From NCBI GenBank assembly GCA_963822965.1, contig CAWGJT010000005.1, positions 512,001-576,000 of the forward strand: DNA of 64,000 bases, read 5' to 3'. Shown one piece after another: positions 48,820-58,712 of this stretch. The notes beneath the pieces were generated by a model that was given only the letters and a program-made list of their open reading frames with translations, did no database searches and had not been told where the DNA came from. How positions within the stretch are numbered: the first letter of the stretch is position 1; each line of letters begins with the position of its first letter. The DNA is from an uncultured delta proteobacterium (GTDB taxonomy: Bacteria > Myxococcota_A > UBA9160 > UBA4427). The position numbers were made by a program, and so were the translations under genes.

Positions 48820-48989
48820 CTAGAGGCTCGGCCGGAAAGTGTACCGCGGCACCGAGAGCGTCATCTGCCGCGTCCTGGCAAGGCGCGCGACCAAGGTCGT
48901 AGCCGAGGCTACGGGGATGGGAGCGGAACGCAGCCAGGGCGTCGCAGGGGCGCTCGAATGCAGGTCGCACTTTCCGGCCGGGCCTCTAG
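48820..48989. mobile_element. MITE-like element 2 (162 bp, 18-bp terminal inverted repeats, CTAG at both ends)
   Basis: Left end CTAG-AGGCTCGGCCGGAAAGTG (48820-48841); right end CACTTTCCGGCCGGGCCT-CTAG (48968-48989); one mismatch. The core is homologous to element 1 in reverse orientation. Confidence 0.82.
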
Positions 48990-49014
48990 CAGGGCGCGGG
49001 GCTCGATCCTCGCA

Positions 49015-49891
49015 TCACAGCACCCACGCCAGCACCAGGGGCAGGGTCACCAGCGAGATCAGCGTCGAGAGAACGACCAGGCTCGCGACCTCGCTGGGAG
49101 AGCGCTGGTACTTCTCGGCCAGCAGGTAGTTGAGGACGGCGACGGGCATCGAGCAGTCGAGGATCAGGACGCCCCGGGCGGCGCCCGTGAGGCCGAGCAG
49201 CCGGGACAGCGCGACGCCCACCGCGAAGCCGAGCCCCAGGCGCAGCAGCGCCAGGGCGACGTTGCGGGGAACGGCGGCCAGCTCGAGACGCTGGAGGCTC
49301 ACCCCCAGGGAGAACTGCATGAGCGGAATCGTGAAGGCGCCGAGGAGCTCCGTGCTGCGCAGGATCCAGAGGGGAACCGTGGCGCCCGTCGCGAGGATCA
49401 CGGCCGCGACGAGCACGCTCCACGCGAGCGGCGTGCGCAGCAGCTCGCCGCCCGAGACGCGCCCGCTCCAGATCCAGATGCCCGCGCTGTACTGGCTGAA
49501 GGCGGCGACGGCGTAGAAGCAGATGGCCAGGGCCAGCCCTTCTTCACCGAAGGCGAAGAAGCACACCGGCAGGCCCATGTTGCCGGCGTTCGGGAACACC
49601 AGGGGCGCCGAGGAAGGTGGCGACGGGCAGGCCGGCGAGTCGCAGCACCAGCGCCCCGATCAGCGCGAAGGACGCGAAGGCCGCGAGGGTCGCTCCCACC
49701 ATCTGCAGCAGCGCCGCCGGGTCGACCTTCATCCCCACCAGGCTCGAGAAGACGAGGCAGGGGGCGCCGATGGTCATGATGAGCTCCGTGATGAGCTCCA
49801 TGTCCCAACGGCGTCCGACCCGACCCCAGCCCCAGCCGAGACCGATGGCGACGTAGATGGGCGCCACGATGGAAAGCAGCTCGCCCGGCAC
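49015..49891 (-). pseudogene. AEC (auxin efflux carrier) family transporter with a +1 frameshift near 49602-49610
   Basis: The N-half (GTG 49891, GGAGG RBS, ..APCLVFSSL..TFL) and the C-half (FPNAGNMGLP..MPVAV..) are in different frames; span is 877 nt. Confidence 0.8.
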
Positions 49892-49936
49892 GGCTCCTCC
49901 ACGGGGGACGCCCGCGTACGCACCTCGTGCAACGCT

Positions 49937-50000
49937 CACCCGCGACGCCCGACCTGCGGCGCCCACCCGCGACGCCCAACCTGCGGCGCCCACCCGCGAC
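49937..50000. repeat. tandem repeat, about 2.4 x 27 bp, between divergent genes
   Basis: CACCCGCGACGCCCRACCTGCGGCGCC x2 plus CACCCGCGAC. Confidence 0.8.
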
Positions 50001-50065
50001 CGTAGCAGGACGACATTCGCGATAGACTCCCGCTTCGCGAGGCGCCGGACACCGAGGAGAAGCGC

Positions 50066-51739
50066 TTGACCGCCAGGGAGCCCACGAGCGAGGACGGACG
50101 GCGCCGCTGGGCTCCCGACTTCGAGTCCCGCCGCTCGCCCGTCCTCGGCCGCGGCGGCATGGTGGCCTCGAGTCAGCCGCTCGCGACCGCCGCCGGGCTG
50201 CGGGTCCTGTCGGCGGGCGGCAACGCCGCGGACGCCGCGGTGGCGACGGCGGCCGCGCTGAACGTGACCGAGCCCGGCAGCACGGGCATCGGCGGCGACT
50301 GCTTCGCCCTCTACTTCGACGCCGAGACGCGAAGGGTCTCTGCCCTCAACGGCTCGGGTCGGGCGCCTGCCGGTCTCGACCTCGCCCGGCTGCGCGACCG
50401 GGGCTTTGGCGAGGAGCTGCCCCACTTCGACGCCCACACCGTGACGGTGCCCGGCGCCTGCGCGGGCTGGGAGGCGACGATCCTCCGGCACGGACGTCTC
50501 GGCCTGGCGGACGTGCTGGCTCCCGCCATCGAGCTGGCCGAGCGGGGCGTGCCGGTGGCGCCCATGACCGCCGGGCTGTGGCGCGGCGCCGTGGAGCGCC
50601 AGCTCTCGCGCGGGGCGGGCGCGCGCGAGCTGCTCGTCGACGGGCGGGCGCCCCGGGCCGGCGAGATCTTCCGCAACCCGACCCTGGCCCGGACCTTCCG
50701 CACCGTGGCCGAGGGCGGCGCGGAGGCCTTCTACCGGGGTCCCATCGCGGCGGCCATCGCGGCGGTCGTGCAGGAGTACGGGGGCGTGCTCACCGAGGCC
50801 GACCTCGAAGCCCACTGGGACGCCCGGGACGCCGGCTGGGTGGAGCCCATCTCCACGGAGTACCGCGGACACCGCGTGTGGGAGTGTCCGCCGAACGGCC
50901 AGGGGCTGGCGGCGCTGCTGGCGCTCAACCTCGTGCGGGGCTTCGACCCGGGCGAGAGCGAGCCGCTCTCGGCGGATCGTTTCCACCTGCTGATCGAGGC
51001 CATGCGCCTCGCATTCGCGGACGCCCGCTGGTACGTGGCCGATCCGGACGTGGTGACGGTTCCCCTGGCCGAGCTGCTCTCGGAGGACTACGCGGCGGAG
51101 CGTCGCAAGCAGATCGACCCACGCCGGGCGAACACCGGCGCCCAGCGCGGCGTCCCGTTCGCCAGCTCGGACACGGTGCAGCTCGCCTGCGTGGACGCCG
51201 ACGGCAACGCCTGCTCGTTCATCAACAGCAACTACATGGGCTTCGGCACCGGCCTCGTGCCCGAGGGCTGGGGCTTCACGCTCCAGAACCGCGGCCACAA
51301 CTTCAGCCTCGATCCCGCGCATCCGAACTGCGTGGCGCCCGGCAAGCGCCCATACCACACCATCATCCCCGGCATGATCACCCGGCCGGACGGCAGCCTG
51401 TACGCGCCCTTCGGCGTGATGGGCGGCTTCACCCAGCCCCAGGGCCATCTGCAGGTGGTGGTCGCCATGCTCGACGACGGGCTCGACCCGCAGCAGGCCC
51501 TCGACCGGCCCCGTTTCCAGATCACGGACGGCACGGCCAGCGGCTCGGTGGGCATCGAGGACGGGGTTCCGGCGGAGACTCTCGCGGCCCTGCGCCGCCG
51601 GGGCCACGAGCTGCACCTGGCGGAAGGCTGGCTGCGGATCGCCTTCGGCCGCGGTCAGATCATCCGGCGCGAGCCCGACGGCGTGCTGTGGGGCGGGAGC
51701 GACCCCCGAGCCGACGGCTGCGCGATGTGCCTGCTCTGA
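50066..51739 (+). CDS. ggt: gamma-glutamyltransferase
   Basis: GGNAADAAVA, TGIGGD, SDTV nucleophile Thr, KRPYHTIIP, FGVMGG, SDPRADG. Confidence 0.93.
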   Translation: MTAREPTSEDGRRRWAPDFESRRSPVLGRGGMVASSQPLATAAGLRVLSAGGNAADAAVATAAALNVTEPGSTGIGGDCFALYFDAETRRVSALNGSGRAPAGLDLARLRDRGFGEELPHFDAHTVTVPGACAGWEATILRHGRLGLADVLAPAIELAERGVPVAPMTAGLWRGAVERQLSRGAGARELLVDGRAPRAGEIFRNPTLARTFRTVAEGGAEAFYRGPIAAAIAAVVQEYGGVLTEADLEAHWDARDAGWVEPISTEYRGHRVWECPPNGQGLAALLALNLVRGFDPGESEPLSADRFHLLIEAMRLAFADARWYVADPDVVTVPLAELLSEDYAAERRKQIDPRRANTGAQRGVPFASSDTVQLACVDADGNACSFINSNYMGFGTGLVPEGWGFTLQNRGHNFSLDPAHPNCVAPGKRPYHTIIPGMITRPDGSLYAPFGVMGGFTQPQGHLQVVVAMLDDGLDPQQALDRPRFQITDGTASGSVGIEDGVPAETLAALRRRGHELHLAEGWLRIAFGRGQIIRREPDGVLWGGSDPRADGCAMCLL

Positions 51740-51947
51740 GGCCATCGGGGCCACCGGCAACTTCACCGGCCATCCATCCGTCGTCATTTGGAAATGCGGT
51801 GCTGACGCCGGCGCCGGGAGCGCTTACCCTCACGCCGACCCCCCGAAGCGACGAATACAAGTGCCAGCGCCCAGGAGCGAGCTGGGACTTGGAGAACAGG
51901 GAAAGCGTTCCGGCCCGGAGTGCACGTCGCTCCCGGGCCGGCTCGGC

Positions 51948-53045
51948 ATGGGGGCCTGCGTGACGTTCCGCCGTCTTCTTCTTCTTTCGATTGCGACCCG
52001 CGCCCGCACGCGGCGGGTGGCGCTCGTCGGGGCCGCCGTGCTCGTCGCCGCCTGCGCGAGCACCGAGATCGGCAGTCCCAACGACTACGAGCCCGTCGAG
52101 CTGAATCGCGTCTATCCCTATCCGAGCGCGGAAGAGCTCGCCCAGCAGAAGACCGAGGTGGTCCTCGCCACCCACTACACCACCGAGCTGCCCAAGAAGA
52201 TCGTCGGCTCGTCGATGACGAACGTGCAGCAGGACCTGCTGCGCGTGCTCGGCGAGGCGGGGGCGCGGGTGGTCGACCGCAGCCTCGACGACCTCTCTTC
52301 CGTGCGACGGGAGCTGATGGCCCAGAAGAAGCGACGGCGCGGGGCCGACATGGACGTGAACTGGGTGCTCATCTCGCGCATCTCCCGCTTCGAGCACCAC
52401 GCCCACTACGAGCCGCCGTCGGGGCTCTTCAAGAGCGAGGAGGAGCTGGCCGCCGAGCCGGGCACCTGCACCCACACCACCGAGGTGGAGGTGGACCTCA
52501 AGGCCATGGTGCTGCCCACCGACGACGTGGCGCGCACCACCTTCACCCTGAAGAACACCCACGAGATGGAGCAGGACGACTTCGAGGAGAGCTGCCCCCT
52601 CGACGCGGCCCGCAAGCAGGCCCTGATGGACGAGACGCTCGAGGAGGCCCTGCCCTGCCTCTCGGTGCCCCTCAAGAACCAGTTCGCGCCCCGGGGCTAC
52701 ATCGAGCAGCACCGCGTGAGCTCGGCGGGCGACACCCACATCTTCAAGACCTCCCTGGGCAAGCGCAACGGCGCCCGCCCCGGCCTCGAGCTGTCGATCT
52801 TCCGGGTGCAGTACATGACCACCCGCGACGGGCGCCAGGACCGGGCGGAGCACCGCATCGGCAAGGCGCTCATCACCGACCAGGTCGGCCCGAACTACTC
52901 CTGGGTGGCGGTGAACCTCGGCGATCTCGAGCAGCCGATCCTGGCGGGCGATCTGGTGCGCGCCGTCTACGAGGACTCGTTCGCCGCCGGCCTGGGCCTG
53001 GGGAAGTGCGACGACATGCTGCAGGTGAAGCGGGAGCCCCGCTGA
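51948..53045 (+). CDS. lipoprotein, possibly CsgG/FlgT-like (start uncertain)
   Basis: Lipobox VAAC; GARVVDRS segment; C-terminal SLGKRNGARPG..IG..IT..LAGDLVR. Confidence 0.6.
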   Translation: MGACVTFRRLLLLSIATRARTRRVALVGAAVLVAACASTEIGSPNDYEPVELNRVYPYPSAEELAQQKTEVVLATHYTTELPKKIVGSSMTNVQQDLLRVLGEAGARVVDRSLDDLSSVRRELMAQKKRRRGADMDVNWVLISRISRFEHHAHYEPPSGLFKSEEELAAEPGTCTHTTEVEVDLKAMVLPTDDVARTTFTLKNTHEMEQDDFEESCPLDAARKQALMDETLEEALPCLSVPLKNQFAPRGYIEQHRVSSAGDTHIFKTSLGKRNGARPGLELSIFRVQYMTTRDGRQDRAEHRIGKALITDQVGPNYSWVAVNLGDLEQPILAGDLVRAVYEDSFAAGLGLGKCDDMLQVKREPR

Positions 53046-53054
53046 CGATCGGGG

Positions 53055-53717
53055 CTACGACACGGGCTCGGCCGGGGCGAGCCGCTCCCGGGCGGCCTTC
53101 TCCAGCGCTTCGATGCGAGAGGCGATGCGGCGGCTCAGGTCCGCCAGCAGCTTGCCGTGGGCGCGGACGAGCTCGTCGACGCCCGAGCCGGCCAGGGGCT
53201 CGCGCAAGGTCGTCACCTCCACGGCCACGGCGTCCGGCGCTTCCGCCGACGAGAGCAGCTCCCAGCGCACCCGCAGGTCGAGCGCCTCGCCCGGGCGACC
53301 GTCGAAGCGCTCGAAGTAGAGTCTCACGCGGTACTTCGTCGGGAAGCCCGCCACCAGCGGGTAGACGACGATGCGGTCGGTCGCGAGCAGGATGGCGAGG
53401 TTCTCGCCCAACACCCGCAGCGTCTCCGTCTCGAGGCTCCCGGCCCAGCGGTTCTGCTCGTCGAACTCGAGGCGCGATTCCCCGCGGCGGAGCACGATCT
53501 GGGGCCGCTGCAGGTAGCGAGGCATGTGGAGCGGTCCCACCGCCACGGCCAGCTGGACGTCCGACGGCGCCGTGTCCTCCTGCGGCCGCTCCGACGCCAT
53601 GGGCGCCAGCGCGTAGAAGCGCGGCGTCGGGCTCGAGCCGCAGGCCAGGAGCCCCGCGCCGAGCATCGCCGGCACCAGCAGCCGGAGCCCGTGCGAAGTC
53701 GGGGGTCGTCTTGTCAT
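53055..53717 (-). CDS. pqiC: PqiC-family lipoprotein
   Basis: LLACGSSP, PRYLQRPQIV, NRWAGSL. Confidence 0.88.
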   Translation of the reverse strand: MTRRPPTSHGLRLLVPAMLGAGLLACGSSPTPRFYALAPMASERPQEDTAPSDVQLAVAVGPLHMPRYLQRPQIVLRRGESRLEFDEQNRWAGSLETETLRVLGENLAILLATDRIVVYPLVAGFPTKYRVRLYFERFDGRPGEALDLRVRWELLSSAEAPDAVAVEVTTLREPLAGSGVDELVRAHGKLLADLSRRIASRIEALEKAARERLAPAEPVS

Positions 53718-53767
53718 GCTCACCGCTCTACACCCTCTCGTCACGTGCGTCCCTCGGATCCGGCGCA

Positions 53768-55393
53768 TCACTTGCCTCGGATCAGCGCTTCGGGGTGCTG
53801 CTCGAGATAGTCGGCCAGCACCCGCACCGAACGCGCTGCCTCCCCCACGTCCTCGAGCGCCCGCCGCAGCTCGATCGGCAGCGGCGCATCCTCCGCCAGC
53901 AGTCGGTCGAGGTTGCTGACGGTGCTGTCCAGACGCGAGAGCGTGCTGTCGAGGGACGGCATCAGGTCGTCGTTGAAGCTCGCGGCGAGCCGGCTCGTCT
54001 CCGAGAGCGTCGTCTTCAGCTCGGCGAGCGAGCCCTGCAGGTCCTTGGCGATCTGCTCGAGGGGCATCCGGTCGATCTTCGCGACGAGGCCAGCCAGGCT
54101 GGCGGTGATCTCCTCGAGCGGGGCCGGGATGGTGGGCAGCTCGGGATAGGTGCCGCCGAGCACGATGTTGGCCGGGGGCGCATCCGGATAGATGTCGATC
54201 TCGATCTGCAGGGCGCCGGTCAGCAGGTTGCCGCTGCCGAGCCGGGCCCGCATGCCGTTGGCGACCAGGCGCTCGACCCGGCCCTGCGCCTGGGCGGCGG
54301 ACTCGGTGCTCGCGTCGGCGATGTGGAGCCGCTCGGGCTCCACCTCGACCACCACGGGGACGTGCACCTCGAAGGTGATGGGATCGAGCTCGAGCTTCAC
54401 GTCCACGACGTGCCCGATCTTGATGCCACGGAAGACCACCGGCGAGCCGGGCGAGAGGCCCTGCACCGAGTTCTGGAAGTGGAGCAGATAGCGTCTCTTG
54501 ATGGTGTAGATCGGCTGCTCCGACTCGCGGCGGCTGGGGAAGAGGGCGAAGATGGCGTCCTCGTCCACCGGCCGTCCCGGGTTCTCGGAATCCGGCGTGT
54601 CGAACGCGACGCCCCCGATCAGCATCGAGACCATGGAGACCGTGTCGATGCGAACGCCCTCTGAGTTGAGCGACACGTCGAGGCCACTGGCGTTCCAGAA
54701 GCGCGTGTTCGACCGGACCCGCGCGTCGTGGGGAGCCCGGACGAAGACCTTGGTGATGATGAAGTCGCCGCTGGGATCCATCTCGTAGGAGGCCACCTCG
54801 CCCACCTGGAGCTCGCGGTAGTAGACGGGCACGCCGACGTCGAGGGAGCCCAGCTCCTCCGAGCGCAGGGTGAACAGGCTACCGGCCTCGGAGGTCGTCA
54901 CCACCGGCGGCGTCTCGAGACCGACGAAGTGATCCTGCGGCGCTCCCTCGCGCACCGGGTCGATCGCCAGGTACGCGCCGGAGAGCAGCGTTCCCAGGCC
55001 AGTGATGCGCCCGGCCGAGATCTGCGGCTTCACCACCCAGAAGCGCGTGTTCTCCGTCAGGTAATTTTCGGCCCCGGGCACCAGCTCGGCCGTCACGATC
55101 ACGTGCGAGAGGTCGTCGGCGAGGCGGATCGCCTTGACGCTTCCCACCTGCAGGTCCTTGTAGGAGACCTTGGTCTTGCCCGCCTCGAGGCCCTCGGCGG
55201 TCTTGAACTCGATGGTGACGGTCGGTCCCTGCTCGGAGATGGCGCGCCAGGCGATCCAGCCGCCGATCAGGACCGCGACCAGGGGGATCAGCCAGACGAG
55301 CGAGATACCGCCCCCGCCGTGGCGGACGACGGCTTCGGGCACCGATTGCTCGAGGGTGTCGGCTGCGCTGCGGGGTCCGCCGTCTTCGCTCAT
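53768..55393 (-). CDS. pqiB: PqiB multi-MCE-domain protein
   Basis: SLVWLIPL, AEGLEAGKT, TRFWVVKP, TLLSGAY, RFWNASG, three MCE domains, PEALIRG. Confidence 0.93.
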   Translation of the reverse strand: MSEDGGPRSAADTLEQSVPEAVVRHGGGGISLVWLIPLVAVLIGGWIAWRAISEQGPTVTIEFKTAEGLEAGKTKVSYKDLQVGSVKAIRLADDLSHVIVTAELVPGAENYLTENTRFWVVKPQISAGRITGLGTLLSGAYLAIDPVREGAPQDHFVGLETPPVVTTSEAGSLFTLRSEELGSLDVGVPVYYRELQVGEVASYEMDPSGDFIITKVFVRAPHDARVRSNTRFWNASGLDVSLNSEGVRIDTVSMVSMLIGGVAFDTPDSENPGRPVDEDAIFALFPSRRESEQPIYTIKRRYLLHFQNSVQGLSPGSPVVFRGIKIGHVVDVKLELDPITFEVHVPVVVEVEPERLHIADASTESAAQAQGRVERLVANGMRARLGSGNLLTGALQIEIDIYPDAPPANIVLGGTYPELPTIPAPLEEITASLAGLVAKIDRMPLEQIAKDLQGSLAELKTTLSETSRLAASFNDDLMPSLDSTLSRLDSTVSNLDRLLAEDAPLPIELRRALEDVGEAARSVRVLADYLEQHPEALIRGK

Positions 55394-56028
55394 GATCGTT
55401 CCTGCTCCGCCAGGGGATCCGCGCGATCCCAGATGAGCCGGGGGTCGAAGCACTCCGCGGCGAAGATCGTGAGCACCACCACCGCGCCGAAGAAGACCGC
55501 GCCCAGCTCCGCCCGGATGTTCGCCAGCTCCTGCAGCCGCACCAGGGCGACGAGGATCGTCACCACGTAGATGTCCACCATCGACCAGCGACCGATCGCC
55601 TCGATGATGCGATAGAGGCGGGTGCGGTCCACCGGCCGCGCCCGCGAGCCCGACTGCACCGAGTAGAGCAGATAGGCGAGCACCACCAGCTTGAGCACGG
55701 GAACCATCACGCTGGCGGTGAAGACCACGACCGCGAGCGGCCACTCGTGCTTCAACAGGTACAGGACGCCGCTCAGGATGGTGTCGGACTGGGAGTAGCC
55801 GAGGGAGGTGGTCGTCATGATGGGCAGTGTGTTGGCCGGGATGTAGAGCACCGCCGCCGCGAAGAGAAGCGCCCAGGCGCGCCGCACGCTGTCCACCTTG
55901 CGGGAGTGCACCGTCGCTTCGCAGCGGGGACACGCCGCACCGTGCCCCGGCGGCAGCTTCACCAGCAGGCCGCAATCGTGGCAGGTGGCCATGTCGAGGG
56001 AATGCGCGGTGACGAGGGCGGCGCTCAT
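55390..56028 (-). CDS. pqiA: paraquat-inducible protein A (half-size, second copy)
   Basis: CHDC..CPRC, YIPANTLP, GRWSMVDI, FDPRLIWD. Confidence 0.92.
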   Translation of the reverse strand: MSAALVTAHSLDMATCHDCGLLVKLPPGHGAACPRCEATVHSRKVDSVRRAWALLFAAAVLYIPANTLPIMTTTSLGYSQSDTILSGVLYLLKHEWPLAVVVFTASVMVPVLKLVVLAYLLYSVQSGSRARPVDRTRLYRIIEAIGRWSMVDIYVVTILVALVRLQELANIRAELGAVFFGAVVVLTIFAAECFDPRLIWDRADPLAEQERS

Positions 56029-56630
56029 CGGGACACCGGAACGTGGTCCCAGACGGCACGCGGATCGAGCGTCGCCGACGCACCCGCCAGGACGACGATC
56101 AGCACGGCGAACGACCAGATGGCGAGGCCGGGGACGATCTCCGCCATGTCGCCCAGCTTGCTGAGCGCCACCAGGATTCCGATCAGGAAGACCTCCATCA
56201 TGCTCCAGGGTGCCACGTGCCGCAGGGCTCGAAAGAAGAGCGGCAGCCGCCAGGGCATCCGGCGCAGGTGCAGGGGCAGCAGCACGTAGAGGAGCAGCGC
56301 GAGCTGCACGCCGGGCGCCAGCACCGCGGTGATCAGGACGAGCCCGGCGAGCGGCACCATGCCCTCGTGGTACAGCTCCTTGATCCCCGACAGCAGGGTC
56401 GTCTCGGTGACCCGGCCCTGCATGTCGAAGGACAGGAAGGGAAAGCTGTTCGCCACCAGGAAGAGAACCGCGCCCGCGATGCTGAGGGCCAGGGTCCGCT
56501 CGATGCTGTTCTTCTTGACGTGGAAGAGGAGCGCTCCGCAGCGGAGGCAGCGGCCCGATTCCCCCTCGACGCCTTGAGGGATCCGATGGACGAGATCGCA
56601 GTCGTGGCAGGCGACGAGCTCAGGCGACAC
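56025..56630 (-). CDS. pqiA: paraquat-inducible protein A (half-size, first copy)
   Basis: ACHDCD..CLRCG, VANSFP, PWSMMEVF. Confidence 0.9.
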   Translation of the reverse strand: MSPELVACHDCDLVHRIPQGVEGESGRCLRCGALLFHVKKNSIERTLALSIAGAVLFLVANSFPFLSFDMQGRVTETTLLSGIKELYHEGMVPLAGLVLITAVLAPGVQLALLLYVLLPLHLRRMPWRLPLFFRALRHVAPWSMMEVFLIGILVALSKLGDMAEIVPGLAIWSFAVLIVVLAGASATLDPRAVWDHVPVSR

Positions 56631-56700
56631 ACGAGAAGCTTGACCGGAAAGCCGGGCCCGCGCCAGCCCGGGGAGGCGGGCAGCGGACGTGGAACGCCCG

Positions 56701-57771
56701 CTATCCGAGCAGGAAGCGGAGCCGGTCGGCGCGGGTCTCCCGGGCCTGGGCGTGGAGCGAGAGCTGCCCCCGCGCCCGGCTGAGGTTGTGCTCCCCCGCC
56801 GAGGCGAAGAGCTCGGGATTCCAGCCGAAGTAGCTCTCGCGCAGGGCATCGGCGGCGAAGCGCGCGCACAGCTCGATGGACAGACGCTCGATGGCGTGAG
56901 CCAGGCTCTCGAGCTCGCGCCGCCCGAGATCGAGGGTGACCGCGTCGAGCCAGGCCGCAGCCGAGGCCTCGAAGATGGACGGGTCCAGCAGCGCCTCGGG
57001 CTCGTGCTCCCGGTGGCGGTTGCACCAGGAGCGCCACGCATCTCCGAGGTCCACCCACAAGGGCATGCGAGAGAGGGTGTCGAGATCGATGAGGCAGCGA
57101 GCTTCCACGGGCTCGTCTCCCGACGCAGCCGGCCGGAACAGGATGTTGTTGAACTTCAGGTCCAGGTGGACGACCCGAGCCGGCACGTCGCCCAGGGGCT
57201 GCCACTGCTCGACCACCTCGCGGACCTGCAGGGCGATGGGCCGCACCTCGGCCCACAGGCGGTGGTCGCGGTGCTCCTCGAGCGCGCGGGCGAGCTCGAC
57301 GAAGTGGAGCGCCGCGTCGTGGAACGGAAAGCCCAGCGGTGCGAAGTCGTGCTCGAGATCGTCGAGGGCGCTGTGGAATCGCGCCACGAGCCGCCCGGCG
57401 GAGGCCGCGCGAGCCGGCGAGCCGCACGTGTCGTAGCTCGTGCCTTCCACCAGGGTCATCAGGCGGAAGCGGCCGAGATCCGACCCGAGGTCTGCGAACA
57501 GGGCGTTCGCGCGCGTGCGGCAAAGGCGCGGCGTCTCGAGCCCTCGTTCGGCGAGGCGCGACGTCACGGCCTCGATGTTCTCGTGGACGTCCAGCGAGAA
57601 GAGCGGGTTCAAGCGCTGCAGGACGTAGCGCGCGTCGCCGTCCTCCACCCGCCAGGTCTGGTGGATGAGGCCGCGGGTGATGGGCGTGACACGGGGCCGG
57701 CCCGGCATCGGATAGCGAGCCAGGGCGGCGGCGACGGGGTCCGGGTTCCCGGGCGAGCGACTGTCCGACAC
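56701..57771 (-). CDS. aminoglycoside/sugar phosphotransferase (APH/NahK-like)
   Basis: GLIHQTW, YVLQRLN, VHLDLKFNNIL, LIDLDT. Confidence 0.85.
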   Translation of the reverse strand: MSDSRSPGNPDPVAAALARYPMPGRPRVTPITRGLIHQTWRVEDGDARYVLQRLNPLFSLDVHENIEAVTSRLAERGLETPRLCRTRANALFADLGSDLGRFRLMTLVEGTSYDTCGSPARAASAGRLVARFHSALDDLEHDFAPLGFPFHDAALHFVELARALEEHRDHRLWAEVRPIALQVREVVEQWQPLGDVPARVVHLDLKFNNILFRPAASGDEPVEARCLIDLDTLSRMPLWVDLGDAWRSWCNRHREHEPEALLDPSIFEASAAAWLDAVTLDLGRRELESLAHAIERLSIELCARFAADALRESYFGWNPELFASAGEHNLSRARGQLSLHAQARETRADRLRFLLG

Positions 57772-57908
57772 GCCGAGAGGGTTGGCTTTCGCCGACGCCG
57801 CCGCAAGGCTGGCGCGGCGTTCGCGACTCCCGCAAGCTCGCCGGGGCCGGATGCGCCGCCGCCCCGCTCCTTTGGCGTCGGGCTCGCGCGCCCGGGGAGG
57901 TGCTCGCC

Positions 57909-58697
57909 ATGCCCCACGTCGAGACCGAGCAGGCCACCATCGTGTACGACGTCTACGGCGACCCGTCCCCGGCGGGCGCCGTGGTGTTCGCGCACGGCGC
58001 GGGCGGCAACGCGCTCTCCTGGTGGCAGCAGGTGCCGAGCTTCTCCCGGCAGCGCCCGGTCGTCACCTTCGACCACCGCAGCTTCGGGCGCTCGCGCTGC
58101 GCGCCGGGCAGCTTCTCGGCCACCCACTTCGCCGACGACCTGCTCGCCGTGCTCGACGCCGAGGGGATCGAGCGGGCGGATCTCGTGTGCCAGTCGATGG
58201 GCGGCTGGACCGGGCTGCCCCTCGCGCTGCGACATCCCGACCGGGTTCGCGCGCTGGTGCTGTGCGATACCCCCGGTGGCCTCTTCATCGACGAGGTGGC
58301 CCGGGCCCTGGCGGAGACCGGCGACCGCATCCGCAACGCGGGCATCCAGGCGAATGCGGCCCTGGCCCCCGACTATCCCGAGCGCGAGCCCGAGATGACG
58401 CACCTCTACGGGCGCATCTCGAGCCTCAACACGGAGGTCGACCCGGGCGCCCTGGCGGCGCTCGCCGCCGCCGAGGCGCGCATCGCACCCGAGGATCTCG
58501 AAGGCTTCGCGGTGCCCACCCTCGTCGTGGCGGGGGAGCGCGACCTTCTCTTTCCGCCGTCCACCCTGCAGGCGGTGGCCAAGCGCATTCCGGGCGCCGA
58601 GTACCGGGAGTTCCCGGGCTGCGGTCACTCGGTCTACTTCGAGGCGGCCCCGGCGTTCAACGAGGCGGTGGCGGAGTTCCTGGCGCGCCGGGACTGA
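57909..58697 (+). CDS. alpha/beta hydrolase
   Basis: HGAGG, DHRSFGRS, QSMGG, GERD, GHSVYFE. Confidence 0.9.
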   Translation: MPHVETEQATIVYDVYGDPSPAGAVVFAHGAGGNALSWWQQVPSFSRQRPVVTFDHRSFGRSRCAPGSFSATHFADDLLAVLDAEGIERADLVCQSMGGWTGLPLALRHPDRVRALVLCDTPGGLFIDEVARALAETGDRIRNAGIQANAALAPDYPEREPEMTHLYGRISSLNTEVDPGALAALAAAEARIAPEDLEGFAVPTLVVAGERDLLFPPSTLQAVAKRIPGAEYREFPGCGHSVYFEAAPAFNEAVAEFLARRD

Positions 58698-58712
58698 GAG
58701 CCGCCCTCGCGC

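Noticed and set aside
51920..54664. Very long Arg/Pro/Gly-rich ORFs (e.g. 914 aa here, 19774-22374, 5870-8203, 37610-39928)
   Set aside because: Alternate-frame or antisense artefacts of high GC that overlap well-supported genes.
57780..57900. Possible third MITE copy between divergent genes
   Set aside because: Only a short CCGACGCC/GGCGTCGG pairing; no CTAG ends, no TIRs and no core motif.
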